This document shows, in pieces, positions 9,885-18,847 of a stretch of DNA of 64,000 nt. The stretch is from Chitinophagaceae bacterium (lineage in GTDB: Bacteria; Bacteroidota; Bacteroidia; Chitinophagales; Chitinophagaceae), in contig DASPNM010000017.1 of the NCBI GenBank assembly GCA_035626515.1, forward strand, positions 77,399 to 141,398. Direction: 5' to 3'. Both the position numbers and the translations under genes were made by a program. The number at the start of each line of letters is the position of its first letter. Within the stretch, counting starts at the first letter, position 1. The notes beneath the pieces were generated by a model, which did no database searches, was not told where the DNA came from, and was given only the letters and a program-made list of their open reading frames with translations.

Positions 9885-11261
9885 TTACTTACCTATACAA
9901 AACCTCGAAAAAATATAACCCAGCATCTCTTCATTACTTACCTCACCCGTGATCTCGCCGAGATAATGGAGGCAACGGCGCACGTCGAGCGCTAACAGGT
10001 CGCCGGGGAGTTTGCGATCGAGACCGGCCCGGATATCGCGCAGCGAAGCCTGCACCTCCTGCAACGCCTGGTAATGCCGTGCATTGGTGACGACAATATC
10101 TTCCGTACGCGTGGTACCGGCCAGCACCCGGTCTACCATAGCATGCTTCAGTTCGGAAATTCCTTCTCGGGCGTGGGCGGAAATGAAGACCACGTCAAGT
10201 CCCGCAAACTTTTGCCGCATCGCAACCGCGTCATGGCGGTCGAGCTTGTTCCCTACCAGTACGTAATTCAATCCCTGGGCATCCATCTCCTCTCTCCATT
10301 TCCGAACTTCCTCCCGCGAATCGTCCAGGTCGAACAGGAAGAGCACGAGACCCGCCTGCTGCATTTTCTCGCGGCTTCTTTCCATTCCCGCCGCTTCAAT
10401 GAGGTCGGACGTGTGCTCGCGAATCCCGGCGGTGTCAATAAGCCGGAACAGGATGCCGTCCATATTGATTACTTCTTCGATCGTGTCGCGCGTGGTTCCC
10501 GGCACCTCGCTCACGATCGCCCGGTCTTCATTGAGCAAAGCATTCAGTAGTGTGGACTTGCCCGCATTCGGACGCCCCACGATTGCCACGCTCACCCCAT
10601 TCCGGATGACGTTTCCAAGGCGAAATGAATCGACCAGCTTTGCTGTGATATCTTCCAGTTCTGAAACCAGGTTATAGAACTGTGCACGGTCGGCAAACTG
10701 CACGTCTTCCTGCGAAAAATCCAGCTCCAGCTCCAGCAAGGCCGAAAACCGCATCAGCCGCTCGCGCAATTCGCGGAGCTGCACGGAAAACCCGCCGCGG
10801 ATCGAATGAAGTGCCGTGCGCATCGCCGCTTCGGTGTTGCTCGCGATCAGGTCCGCGACCGCTTCCGCCTGCGTCAGATCAAGCTTCCCATTTAAAAATG
10901 CCCGTTGGGTGAATTCGCCCGGCCGGGCCAGGCGTGCGCCCTGGCGAATGCAGGCATCCACAATCTGCTGCTGCACAAACGGCGAACCATGGCAGCTGAT
11001 CTCCACCACATGCTCGCCGGTGTAAGAGCGCGGCGCGCGAAATACCGAAATCACCACTTCATCCAGCATTTGCCCCTCTTCCTTTAGGAAACCAACGTGC
11101 AGGGTATGGGAATCGACAGCGCCCAGATCTTTCGCAGGGAACAGGCGGTCTGCGATCGCGATTGCGTCAGCCCCGCTGAGGCGGATCACCGCTATAGCGG
11201 CGATCCCCGGCGCGGTGGCCGGTGCTACAATCGTATCATCCCATCCAAGGAGCTTGTTCAT
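9885..11261 (-). CDS. mnmE: tRNA uridine-5-carboxymethylaminomethyl modification GTPase MnmE
   Basis: G-domain motifs (GRPNAGKSTLLN, DTAGIR, NKLD) and the C-terminal CIGK motif. The track start at 11279 is a TTG; ATG at 11261 (MNKLLGWDDTIVAPAT) is more likely. Confidence 0.93.
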   Translation of the reverse strand: MNKLLGWDDTIVAPATAPGIAAIAVIRLSGADAIAIADRLFPAKDLGAVDSHTLHVGFLKEEGQMLDEVVISVFRAPRSYTGEHVVEISCHGSPFVQQQIVDACIRQGARLARPGEFTQRAFLNGKLDLTQAEAVADLIASNTEAAMRTALHSIRGGFSVQLRELRERLMRFSALLELELDFSQEDVQFADRAQFYNLVSELEDITAKLVDSFRLGNVIRNGVSVAIVGRPNAGKSTLLNALLNEDRAIVSEVPGTTRDTIEEVINMDGILFRLIDTAGIREHTSDLIEAAGMERSREKMQQAGLVLFLFDLDDSREEVRKWREEMDAQGLNYVLVGNKLDRHDAVAMRQKFAGLDVVFISAHAREGISELKHAMVDRVLAGTTRTEDIVVTNARHYQALQEVQASLRDIRAGLDRKLPGDLLALDVRRCLHYLGEITGEVSNEEMLGYIFSRFCIGK

Positions 11262-11311
11262 GATTTTCAAATGTAACAATTACGCCGTGCGCCTGCCGAA
11301 GCAAGCCGCGC

Positions 11312-11344
11312 AAAAAAAATCCCTCCGCGCGAATGCGGAGGGAT
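11312..11344 (-). terminator. Intrinsic terminator after tonB
   Basis: Minus strand reads ATCCCTCCGC-ATTCGC-GCGGAGGGAT followed by TTTTTTTT. It lies between the tonB stop (11372) and the mnmE start. Confidence 0.7.
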
Positions 11345-11371
11345 CCGATCTAAAAACCAAATAAGTTACGT

Positions 11372-12199
11372 TTATTCACTGGTCACGACGAACGTGATCG
11401 GCTGACGGCGATAGGCTTTTACATGCCGGCCGTTCTGAATCGCCGGAGTCCACCTGGGCCCCTTGCGGATCACGCGCATTGCTTCTTCTTCCATCCCATA
11501 GCCGTGGTTGGTGAGCGCGCGGACATCGCTGATGGCGCCTTCCTTGTCCACCACAAACTGAACCATTACCGTATAAGTTCCTTCGGAAGCTCCGTTATCG
11601 GCCGGCACCGAAGCGTTCAGGTTGCGCTCAAGGAACCTTCTCCATGCGCCGTCACCACCGGGGAAGGCAGCATCAATCTCAACCTTATCGAAGATCTTGT
11701 TCTCATCTTCTTCCTTTTTCTCTTCTACAATTTGCTTACCCTCGTCAATCTGCGTGGGGGTCGCGATGCCCTCGTCCTTAATACCTTCCTGGTCCACCAC
11801 GTCGATCTTCGCTTCCTTCAGCTCTTCCTGCGGTGGAGGCGGTTTCTCCACTTCCTCATCCTTCTTGATCACGGGCGGGGTAAACTGTTTCATTTCCACC
11901 TTAGGCGGCTCCTGCTTGGGAGGAGGTGGCGGTGGAGGAGGAATTTCCTTTTTCTCTTCCTGCTTTATATCCTGCAGAGTGATCTCCTGTTGCTTGAACT
12001 TTCGATCCTTGCTTTTCTTAAGCTCGCTCGCGAGCAGGGATCCGCCAATCAGCAACACGGCGATCCCGACCGTGATGCCCAGCGCACGGCTGATGCGGCG
12101 ATTGTAGGTCTTTCGGAGCTCATAGGCACCGTATGCCTTATTCCTGTCTTCGAAAAGCAGGTCCAGGAAATCAGAGGTTAATATTTTGTTAGGCTCCAT
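11372..12199 (-). CDS. tonB: Energy transducer TonB
   Basis: 275 aa. N-terminal TM anchor, Pro/Lys/Glu-rich spacer (PPPPPPPPKQEPPK), C-terminal TonB domain (AFPGG...W..FL...L). Last gene of the exbB-exbD-exbD-tonB cluster. Confidence 0.85.
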   Translation of the reverse strand: MEPNKILTSDFLDLLFEDRNKAYGAYELRKTYNRRISRALGITVGIAVLLIGGSLLASELKKSKDRKFKQQEITLQDIKQEEKKEIPPPPPPPPKQEPPKVEMKQFTPPVIKKDEEVEKPPPPQEELKEAKIDVVDQEGIKDEGIATPTQIDEGKQIVEEKKEEDENKIFDKVEIDAAFPGGDGAWRRFLERNLNASVPADNGASEGTYTVMVQFVVDKEGAISDVRALTNHGYGMEEEAMRVIRKGPRWTPAIQNGRHVKAYRRQPITFVVTSE

Positions 12200-12257
12200 G
12201 TAGTTCGCTTTTGGGTTAGATGCTATATAGGTTCCTATTCCATAAATCCTGCCGGAT

Positions 12258-12881
12258 TTAGCGGATATTGTTTGCTTCTTCGGTCTTCCTGATCAGCTCG
12301 TACTCCTGGTCCAGGATCTTAACCATCGCGTAACGCTTCACCTGGTTGATCGTCATTTCATCTAATATGTCCACGGTGTTCTTATAGGTGGCGTCCTGGC
12401 TCGGCTTGATGATGACCACAAAATCCTGTTCCTTACAGTCGCTTACCGGCTTACCTTCTTTCTGCGCCTTGGCCTCGCAGTCGGGATCGCCGCGGTAGTT
12501 CTCGATCACACGTTTCTTCTTGTCGATGATCACATTCCGGATATCCTTGAAGCTTGAGGTCTTGAAATTGTTTTCGGCGGCGTCGACTTTCAGTTGCCCT
12601 TCGTAGTAATAAACCTGGTTGCCCTTTCCCAGCAAAATAGTCAGCGCTCCCGACTCCTTGGCTTCCGTCTGGTCTTCGGGCTTTTTAATATCCTTCGGCA
12701 TGTTCAGGTCGAGAGCCGTGGGGCTGCTCATAGTCGTGGTAAAGACGAAAAACGTGATCAGCAAAAAACCCAGGTCCACCATCGGCGTCATGTCTACGCG
12801 CGTGGAAAGCTTCTTGGCTTTTTTTACGCCCGGACCTTTCTTGTGACTCACTTCGCCGCCACCGGTATCAATGCTTGCCAT
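12258..12881 (-). CDS. exbD: Biopolymer transport protein ExbD/TolR family
   Basis: 207 aa. N-terminal basic segment plus single TM (VDMTPMVDLGFLLITFF). ExbD-like periplasmic domain. Confidence 0.85.
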   Translation of the reverse strand: MASIDTGGGEVSHKKGPGVKKAKKLSTRVDMTPMVDLGFLLITFFVFTTTMSSPTALDLNMPKDIKKPEDQTEAKESGALTILLGKGNQVYYYEGQLKVDAAENNFKTSSFKDIRNVIIDKKKRVIENYRGDPDCEAKAQKEGKPVSDCKEQDFVVIIKPSQDATYKNTVDILDEMTINQVKRYAMVKILDQEYELIRKTEEANNIR

Positions 12882-12898
12882 AACGACTGGTTTAAAAG

Positions 12899-13555
12899 TT
12901 ATTTACTTTTCTGGTTCAGCGACTTCTCGTATTCGCTTCCTTTCGGAACGTCCTCGAGTGCCGTCACCAGGTTATACTTGAACTCTTCATTCCTTTTGAG
13001 CGCGTCGATCACCGCCCCGAAAGTCGGGTACAGCGATTGCGCATCGCCTTTAATTAAAAACTTGAGCGGCTTTCCTGCAAACGCATCCTTGGCGGCCGAG
13101 ATCCACCAGACCAGCTCATTATTGGCAGAATCGGCAACCGGGATACCCGGCTGATGCACCTTCTTCGCCTGTTCGGCAGGCATTCCCAGAATGCTCTTCA
13201 ACCCGCTGAACGGAACGCCGATCCCATAGATGTTCCTGAAGTTCGACATTTCCTGCGGCGTCAGGTTCAGCGAGCGGCTGCTGTTCAGGTTCTGGATCAC
13301 GGCATCAATGATCGCCGGCTCCTTTTCCGAAAGCACGGTGAAGAAGACGCGGTTTGCCGAGTCGAATGAGATCATCACCGCATTGCTCTCAGGCAGCGTC
13401 TGGGTCAGCACAGATCCGGGCGTCGTGATGGGCACGGGCTCCTGAGGCTTGAACTTGGTCGCCATGATGAAAAACGACAAAATCAGGAAAGCTACATCCA
13501 CGAACGGGGTCATGTCCGTATCGGTGCTCTTCCTGGGTATCTTGACGCTTGGCAT
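12899..13555 (-). CDS. exbD: Biopolymer transport protein ExbD/TolR family
   Basis: 218 aa. TDMTPFVDVAFLILSFF motif with the conserved Asp-containing TM. Confidence 0.85.
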   Translation of the reverse strand: MPSVKIPRKSTDTDMTPFVDVAFLILSFFIMATKFKPQEPVPITTPGSVLTQTLPESNAVMISFDSANRVFFTVLSEKEPAIIDAVIQNLNSSRSLNLTPQEMSNFRNIYGIGVPFSGLKSILGMPAEQAKKVHQPGIPVADSANNELVWWISAAKDAFAGKPLKFLIKGDAQSLYPTFGAVIDALKRNEEFKYNLVTALEDVPKGSEYEKSLNQKSK

Positions 13556-13614
13556 GCTCTAATTGTTTATAAATGAGATGAATCAGTTGTCATTTTTCCA
13601 CAAAAAACCCAGCC

Positions 13615-14472
13615 TTATTTATACAAGGAGGCAAAGCTCTGGGTCAGGGTGAAACCTGATTCATCAATACCATATGTAATGTTATCGATCCGAGTGGTAA
13701 ATACGTTATACATGATCAGGGCCAGGGCCGAGGTGCCGATACCGAGAGCGGTATTGTATAGGGCCTCGGAGATACCTACCGCCAACTCCGTGGCAGCGCC
13801 GGCACCGCCTTCTTCACCGAGGGCGGAGAAGGAACGAATCATTCCCAATACCGTTCCGAGCAGGGCGATCAGCGTACCGACTGAAGTGATGGTGGAGAGA
13901 AACACCAGGTTCTTCTGAAGCATCGGGAGTTCCAGGGCCGTGGCTTCCTCCACTTCCTTCTGGATTGCCAGCACTTTCTGATCGGTGTTCATCCCCTGTT
14001 CGTTGATCATTTCCTTGTAGCGGCGGAGTCCGGCTTTCATCACGTTGGCAACCGAACCACGCTGCTTGTCGCACTCCGTCAGCGCGGCATCCACGTTGCG
14101 GTTGGCGAGGTGGTACTGCACCTTGCGAATGAAATCAGAAATGGAACCGCTGCCGAGTGCTTTCCGGATCGTCAGCCATCTTTCGATCGAAAATGTGATC
14201 ACCATCAAAAGCATTCCGATCAGCAGGGGAACGATGATGCCACCTTCATAGATTCTGTGCAGGGCATTGATGGGTTTTAAGTGCTTGGGCCAGAACCAGC
14301 CTTCGCCTTTTACCTCAAATCCTTTGGGGTCGCCCAGGATGAAACGCCAGATCACGTAACCGGCGATGATACAAAAGAGCGGGGCGATCCACGAAATTGC
14401 GTTGCTGGTCTTTTTTGCCTGTACAGATGTGGCCTTAACCGAAGCGGGTGCAGCTGGTCTAGTCTCTGCCAT
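13615..14472 (-). CDS. exbB: MotA/TolQ/ExbB proton-channel protein
   Basis: 285 aa. Three TM segments. C-terminal conserved region GTVLGMIRSF...ISEALYNTALGI typical of ExbB/TolQ. Confidence 0.88.
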   Translation of the reverse strand: MAETRPAAPASVKATSVQAKKTSNAISWIAPLFCIIAGYVIWRFILGDPKGFEVKGEGWFWPKHLKPINALHRIYEGGIIVPLLIGMLLMVITFSIERWLTIRKALGSGSISDFIRKVQYHLANRNVDAALTECDKQRGSVANVMKAGLRRYKEMINEQGMNTDQKVLAIQKEVEEATALELPMLQKNLVFLSTITSVGTLIALLGTVLGMIRSFSALGEEGGAGAATELAVGISEALYNTALGIGTSALALIMYNVFTTRIDNITYGIDESGFTLTQSFASLYK

Positions 14473-14544
14473 GTTCTTAGTTTTTAGTTTTTTAAATTTT
14501 AGAATTTAAAAGTTAAATCCCGGATCAAAAGATGCAATGGTAAG

Positions 14545-14654
14545 AAAAAACTTCCTAAAAAACCTTCCACCGGGCATATTTCTGACCGGTCAAGATAAGG
14601 GATTTTCGGTCCGGAAACGACCGCCTCGGGGAGTGATTTTCCGCCGCCCGGTGG
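14545..14654 (-). terminator. Complex hairpin with trailing T-runs after the ABC permease gene (putative terminator/insulator)
   Basis: A perfect 9-bp inverted repeat, CCACCGGGC (14567-14575) and GCCCGGTGG (14646-14654), encloses 70 nt that contain a CGGTC..GACCG sub-hairpin. On the minus strand the structure is followed by AAGG-TTTTTT-AGGAAG-TTTTTT. Confidence 0.4.
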
Positions 14655-14661
14655 CTCCAAA

Positions 14662-15939
14662 TCACTCATACCGGAGCGCTTCAATAGGATTGAGCCGGGC
14701 CGCCTTCAGTGCAGGATAAAGACCCGCGGCGAGACCCACCAGGGTACACAGCACGATACCGTAAAGCACCCAGTTCCAGGGTACCACAAAACCTGTCTTC
14801 AGCACAATTGAAAACAGGTTTCCAACGAGCACGCCCAGGCCAATGCCGAACAATGCTCCGAGCACGCTGATGATCACCGATTCCATCAAAAACTGGCGGC
14901 TGACCATCCTCCGCTTGCCCCCTATCGCTTTCACGAGACCCACCTCCCGGGTGCGCTCCGACACTGAGACCAGCATGATATTCATCAGCCCGATGGCTGC
15001 GCCGATCAGCGTAATCATTCCGATCACGGTAGCCGATATGGTAAGAAACCGAAGACTGTTCATTGCCTTCTCGGCAATGCTGTCGCTCCGGTCCAGGACG
15101 AAATTGTTTTCCTCGGTAGTGTTGAGTTTGCGGATGGCGCGAAACAAACCTTCTGCTTCTCCCATGGCTTCTTCCACCTGTCGAATCTCGGCAGTCATAA
15201 CAGCCACCACAAAAGAGAAACGCGAAGAAAAGTTCCGGTCCACATTCGTATAGGGGGCAATTACCAGGTTATCGCGGCTGAATCCGAATGTCGATCCACG
15301 GCTTTCCAAAACACCCAGAACACGGTAAGGAACATTGTTGATGCGCACCACGGAATTCACCGCCTTTTGTTCATTTCTGCGAAAGAGCTTCGCAGCTATA
15401 TCGTGGCCAAGCAGGCAAACGTTACGGCCGGTCTGCACGTCCATCCTGTTCAGATTGCGACCGTATTTGAGGTTGAAGCCGTTCAGTAAAAGATAATTGT
15501 CGTCGCCGCCGAAGACCATCACATTGGGACTGGTCTTGCGCGTTTCGAAAGAAACCAGGTTTTCCCGCCCGCCAAATTTGGAAATGCTTTTTACCGAAGG
15601 AAACTGAAAATGCTCCGCGAACAGCTCGGCCTCCTCCTTTCGAATGAGTTTTCCGAGGCTGGACTTCTTTTCTTTCCGTTTTCCTTTTTTTGAAAGCTTG
15701 ACTTCGGAATTGCTGTCGCCACCGAAGCGGATGTTCCGCTCTTTGTACCGGATGGTAAACGCGTTCGCGCCCATCGTGGAAAAGCTTTCTTTGAGCTTTT
15801 GATTCATTGCCTTGATGGCCGTGATAATGCCCACAAGGGCCATAATGCCAAAGGCAATAATAGCCACGGTGAGACCGGTCCGAAGCATGTTGCTCCGCAC
15901 CGAGCGGAAGGCCAGAGAGAAAATATCCCGGATGTGCAT
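14662..15939 (-). CDS. ABC transporter permease, MacB/LolE-like (MacB periplasmic core + FtsX domain)
   Basis: 425 aa. N-terminal TM, large periplasmic domain, C-terminal FtsX-type 3-TM bundle (ERTREVGLVKAIGGKRR). No ATPase gene is adjacent. Confidence 0.85.
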   Translation of the reverse strand: MHIRDIFSLAFRSVRSNMLRTGLTVAIIAFGIMALVGIITAIKAMNQKLKESFSTMGANAFTIRYKERNIRFGGDSNSEVKLSKKGKRKEKKSSLGKLIRKEEAELFAEHFQFPSVKSISKFGGRENLVSFETRKTSPNVMVFGGDDNYLLLNGFNLKYGRNLNRMDVQTGRNVCLLGHDIAAKLFRRNEQKAVNSVVRINNVPYRVLGVLESRGSTFGFSRDNLVIAPYTNVDRNFSSRFSFVVAVMTAEIRQVEEAMGEAEGLFRAIRKLNTTEENNFVLDRSDSIAEKAMNSLRFLTISATVIGMITLIGAAIGLMNIMLVSVSERTREVGLVKAIGGKRRMVSRQFLMESVIISVLGALFGIGLGVLVGNLFSIVLKTGFVVPWNWVLYGIVLCTLVGLAAGLYPALKAARLNPIEALRYE

Positions 15940-15982
15940 AGAAGCCCCTTAAAGTTACGGGGCTTTACCGGCACAGCAGTGC

Positions 15983-17350
15983 TTAGAAATAATACCAGTT
16001 CAGCAGCAGGTTCGGGAAAATCCCCAGCGCGATAACAAGCGCCGCCAGCAAGATCAGCGTGAACCGGAAAACGGGAGTCACCGCGAGTGCTTGCGATTCT
16101 CCCTGTCGGAAATACATAGCCTGTATAAGCCGGAAATAATAATAGACGCTGACTGCCGCCATCAGCACGGCGAAGATCACCAGCCACAAGTACTGCCCGG
16201 TAGCGAGAGCCGCCTTCAACATGTAGAATTTCGAAAGAAAGCCCGCCGTGAGGGGAATTCCTGCGAGCGAAAGCAGGAAGATCGTGAGGAGGGCCGCGAG
16301 CAGCGGTTCCTGGCGCGCAAAGCCGTTGAATCCTTCAAAGCTGTAATCGTTCATTTTGATGAGTACTGCAAAGATCCCGATCGTGGCGAGGCTGTACGCT
16401 GCTGCGTAAAGCAGCAGACCTTCCTTCGCATCGCTGTTCATTGCGTAGAGTGCGAGAAGCATAAAGCCGGCCTGTGCAATGCTCGAATACGCAAGCATCC
16501 GTTTCACGCTCTGCTGGAAAACCGCCGTGATGTTCCCGATCAGCAACGTGAGCACAGTGATGATTGCAATCAGCAGCTTCCATTCGCCGGCAAGATTTCC
16601 AAATGCCTCGTCAAATAGGCGGATGAAGCCAATGAAGAGCGCGGCCTTCACAATCGTGGCCATGAAAGAAGTGAATACGGTGGGCGCGCCATCATACACG
16701 TCGGGCGTCCAGAAATGAAACGGCGCTGCGGAAACCTTGAACGACATCGAAAAAAGGAGCAGCACGATTCCCGCCACCATCAACACGGAAGGTGCGCTGA
16801 CCAGGATGCGGCCGGTGTCGAAGCTGCCCGTCGCACCAAAAATCAGCGCGATGCCCATCAGCATCAGCCCTGTTGAAAATGCACCCAGCAAGAAATATTT
16901 CAGCGCAGCTTCGTTGCTTTTCAAATTCCGCTTGTCGCTGCCGGTAAGGATGTAAAGGGGAATTGAAATGATCTCGATCCCCAGGAAGAGGATAAGCAGG
17001 GAACGGAACGAAACCGTGAGGCAGATGCCGCAAAGTATGAAGAACAGCAGCGCAAAAAACTCCCCGTAATGCTGGCTGACCCGCTCCATGTCGCGCGCCG
17101 AAAGCACGAGATAGAGAAAAGTGGAAGCAAAGACGATGGAATTGAAGAGCAGGGCAAACCGGTCGAATTCCAGCATGCCCCGGGTATTCACGCGGAAGAA
17201 CTCGAACCCCATCATTTCCGCAACGTTCAAGCCCAGCAGCAACAATAGCCCGCCGGTCGCGATGGCCCGCACCCGGCTCTTCTGCCGGATAAACACCGCG
17301 GCAAACATCATCAGCACGCCCAGGATTGCGGATAATAAGAGTGCATTCAT
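15983..17350 (-). CDS. nuoN: NADH-quinone oxidoreductase subunit N
   Basis: 455 aa polytopic antiporter-like subunit. Last gene of the nuo operon. ATG confirmed at 17350. Confidence 0.93.
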   Translation of the reverse strand: MNALLLSAILGVLMMFAAVFIRQKSRVRAIATGGLLLLLGLNVAEMMGFEFFRVNTRGMLEFDRFALLFNSIVFASTFLYLVLSARDMERVSQHYGEFFALLFFILCGICLTVSFRSLLILFLGIEIISIPLYILTGSDKRNLKSNEAALKYFLLGAFSTGLMLMGIALIFGATGSFDTGRILVSAPSVLMVAGIVLLLFSMSFKVSAAPFHFWTPDVYDGAPTVFTSFMATIVKAALFIGFIRLFDEAFGNLAGEWKLLIAIITVLTLLIGNITAVFQQSVKRMLAYSSIAQAGFMLLALYAMNSDAKEGLLLYAAAYSLATIGIFAVLIKMNDYSFEGFNGFARQEPLLAALLTIFLLSLAGIPLTAGFLSKFYMLKAALATGQYLWLVIFAVLMAAVSVYYYFRLIQAMYFRQGESQALAVTPVFRFTLILLAALVIALGIFPNLLLNWYYF

Positions 17351-17374
17351 ACAACGAGCCCTGCGGGGCGAAAT

Positions 17375-18847
17375 TTATTTTTTTAATAGAGGCAGCACAT
17401 TGGCCTTGTTCCAGATAAATTCGGAAATCTCATTCGTTACGTTGAGCAGCGCTTGCGGATAAACTCCCGCGGCAAGCACAAACGCGACCACGACCCACAG
17501 CGCCGCCTTTTCGTTTCGGCTGATATCAACCGCTGCTTCCGTGCGCGGGGTCGTGTCGCCGTAAAAAACTTTGCGGATCATGTTCAGCGTATAAACCGCA
17601 GCCAGCACGATGCCCGAGGCCGCGAATACGGTGAACCAGATCCTGTATTGCGTGGCTTCCGAATTCAGGAGGCCGTTGATCATCAGGAATTCCCCGGGGA
17701 ATCCACTCGTCAGGGGGAGCGCGATGTTCGCGAGCGCAATGATTACCAAAAGTGTTGCCAGCACCGGCGCCCTGCGCGCAAGCCCTCCCAGCTCGGAAAT
17801 TTTCCGGGTTCCATATCTCCGCTCAACCATTTCCACCACCATCCAGAGGCCGATTATGTTGATGCCGTGGTTGAACATCTGGATCATCACCCCCTGCATT
17901 CCCGAACGATTCTCCGCGAAAATGGCTGCAGCCATCAGGCCCACGTGAGCGATGGACGAATACGCGACAAACCGTTTGAGATCATCCTGCCGGATCGCTA
18001 TCAGGGAAGCATAGACAATTCCTACGACCGCCAGCGACATTACCACATCGCCCCATTGGTAAGAAGCAACGGGAAGCACGGGCAGCAACCAGCGGAGGAT
18101 GCCGAACACCCCCATTTTCACCATCACCGCGCTCAGGATCATTGTAGCTGCAGTGGGTGATTGCTCGTATGTATCGGGCTGCCAGGTGTGAAAGGGAAAC
18201 ACCGGCATCTTGATAGCGAACGCGAGAAAGAAGAGCCAAAAATGCCAGCCCTGCTCGCGGCTGCCGATCACAATGCGATAAAATGATTCGAGGTCAAAGG
18301 AACGGTCGGGCGTTTTTGCGTACAGGGAAAGGATTGCAATCAGCATCAGCACCGATCCCACGAAGGTGTAGATGAAAAATTTGAAAGTGACGGCAATTCT
18401 TCTTTCGCCGCCCCACTGTGAACAGATGAAATACATCGGGATCAGCGCCAGCTCCCAAAAAAAATAAAAGAGCAGCGCATCCGCCGCGAGGAAAACTCCC
18501 ATGAGCCCGGCCTGCGCCAGCAGCATCAGTGCAAAAAAATTGTTCGCCTTCGTATAGTCAGCCCTCCATGTGGAGATAAATGCCAGTGGAAAAGCCAGTG
18601 CAGTAAGCAGGCAGAGGAGCTGCCCCATTCCATCGAGCCGAAGCGAAAAACTGCTGCCGAGACCGGGCATCCATTCGGTACGGTAGCTGATGAGCTCTGG
18701 CTGATTCATCGTCATGCCCGCCGCGAGCGCGACCAATGTAAGCAACGCAGAAAACAGGGAGGTCCTTCTGGCCGTCCCCCCGTCTTTAACAACAAAGAGA
18801 ACAAGTCCGCTGAGCAGGGGTATCGATATGAGCAGGAGTGATATCAT
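17375..18847 (-). CDS. nuoM: NADH-quinone oxidoreductase subunit M
   Basis: 490 aa antiporter-like subunit (FHTWQPDTY motif). Abuts the nuoL stop. Confidence 0.93.
   Translation of the reverse strand: MISLLLISIPLLSGLVLFVVKDGGTARRTSLFSALLTLVALAAGMTMNQPELISYRTEWMPGLGSSFSLRLDGMGQLLCLLTALAFPLAFISTWRADYTKANNFFALMLLAQAGLMGVFLAADALLFYFFWELALIPMYFICSQWGGERRIAVTFKFFIYTFVGSVLMLIAILSLYAKTPDRSFDLESFYRIVIGSREQGWHFWLFFLAFAIKMPVFPFHTWQPDTYEQSPTAATMILSAVMVKMGVFGILRWLLPVLPVASYQWGDVVMSLAVVGIVYASLIAIRQDDLKRFVAYSSIAHVGLMAAAIFAENRSGMQGVMIQMFNHGINIIGLWMVVEMVERRYGTRKISELGGLARRAPVLATLLVIIALANIALPLTSGFPGEFLMINGLLNSEATQYRIWFTVFAASGIVLAAVYTLNMIRKVFYGDTTPRTEAAVDISRNEKAALWVVVAFVLAAGVYPQALLNVTNEISEFIWNKANVLPLLKK

Noticed and set aside
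11423-12181. 252 aa and 161 aa plus-strand ORFs opposite tonB.
   Set aside because: They are reverse-frame translations of the Pro/Lys/Glu-rich TonB spacer, giving poly-G/R/L/F low-complexity products. They are not credible genes.
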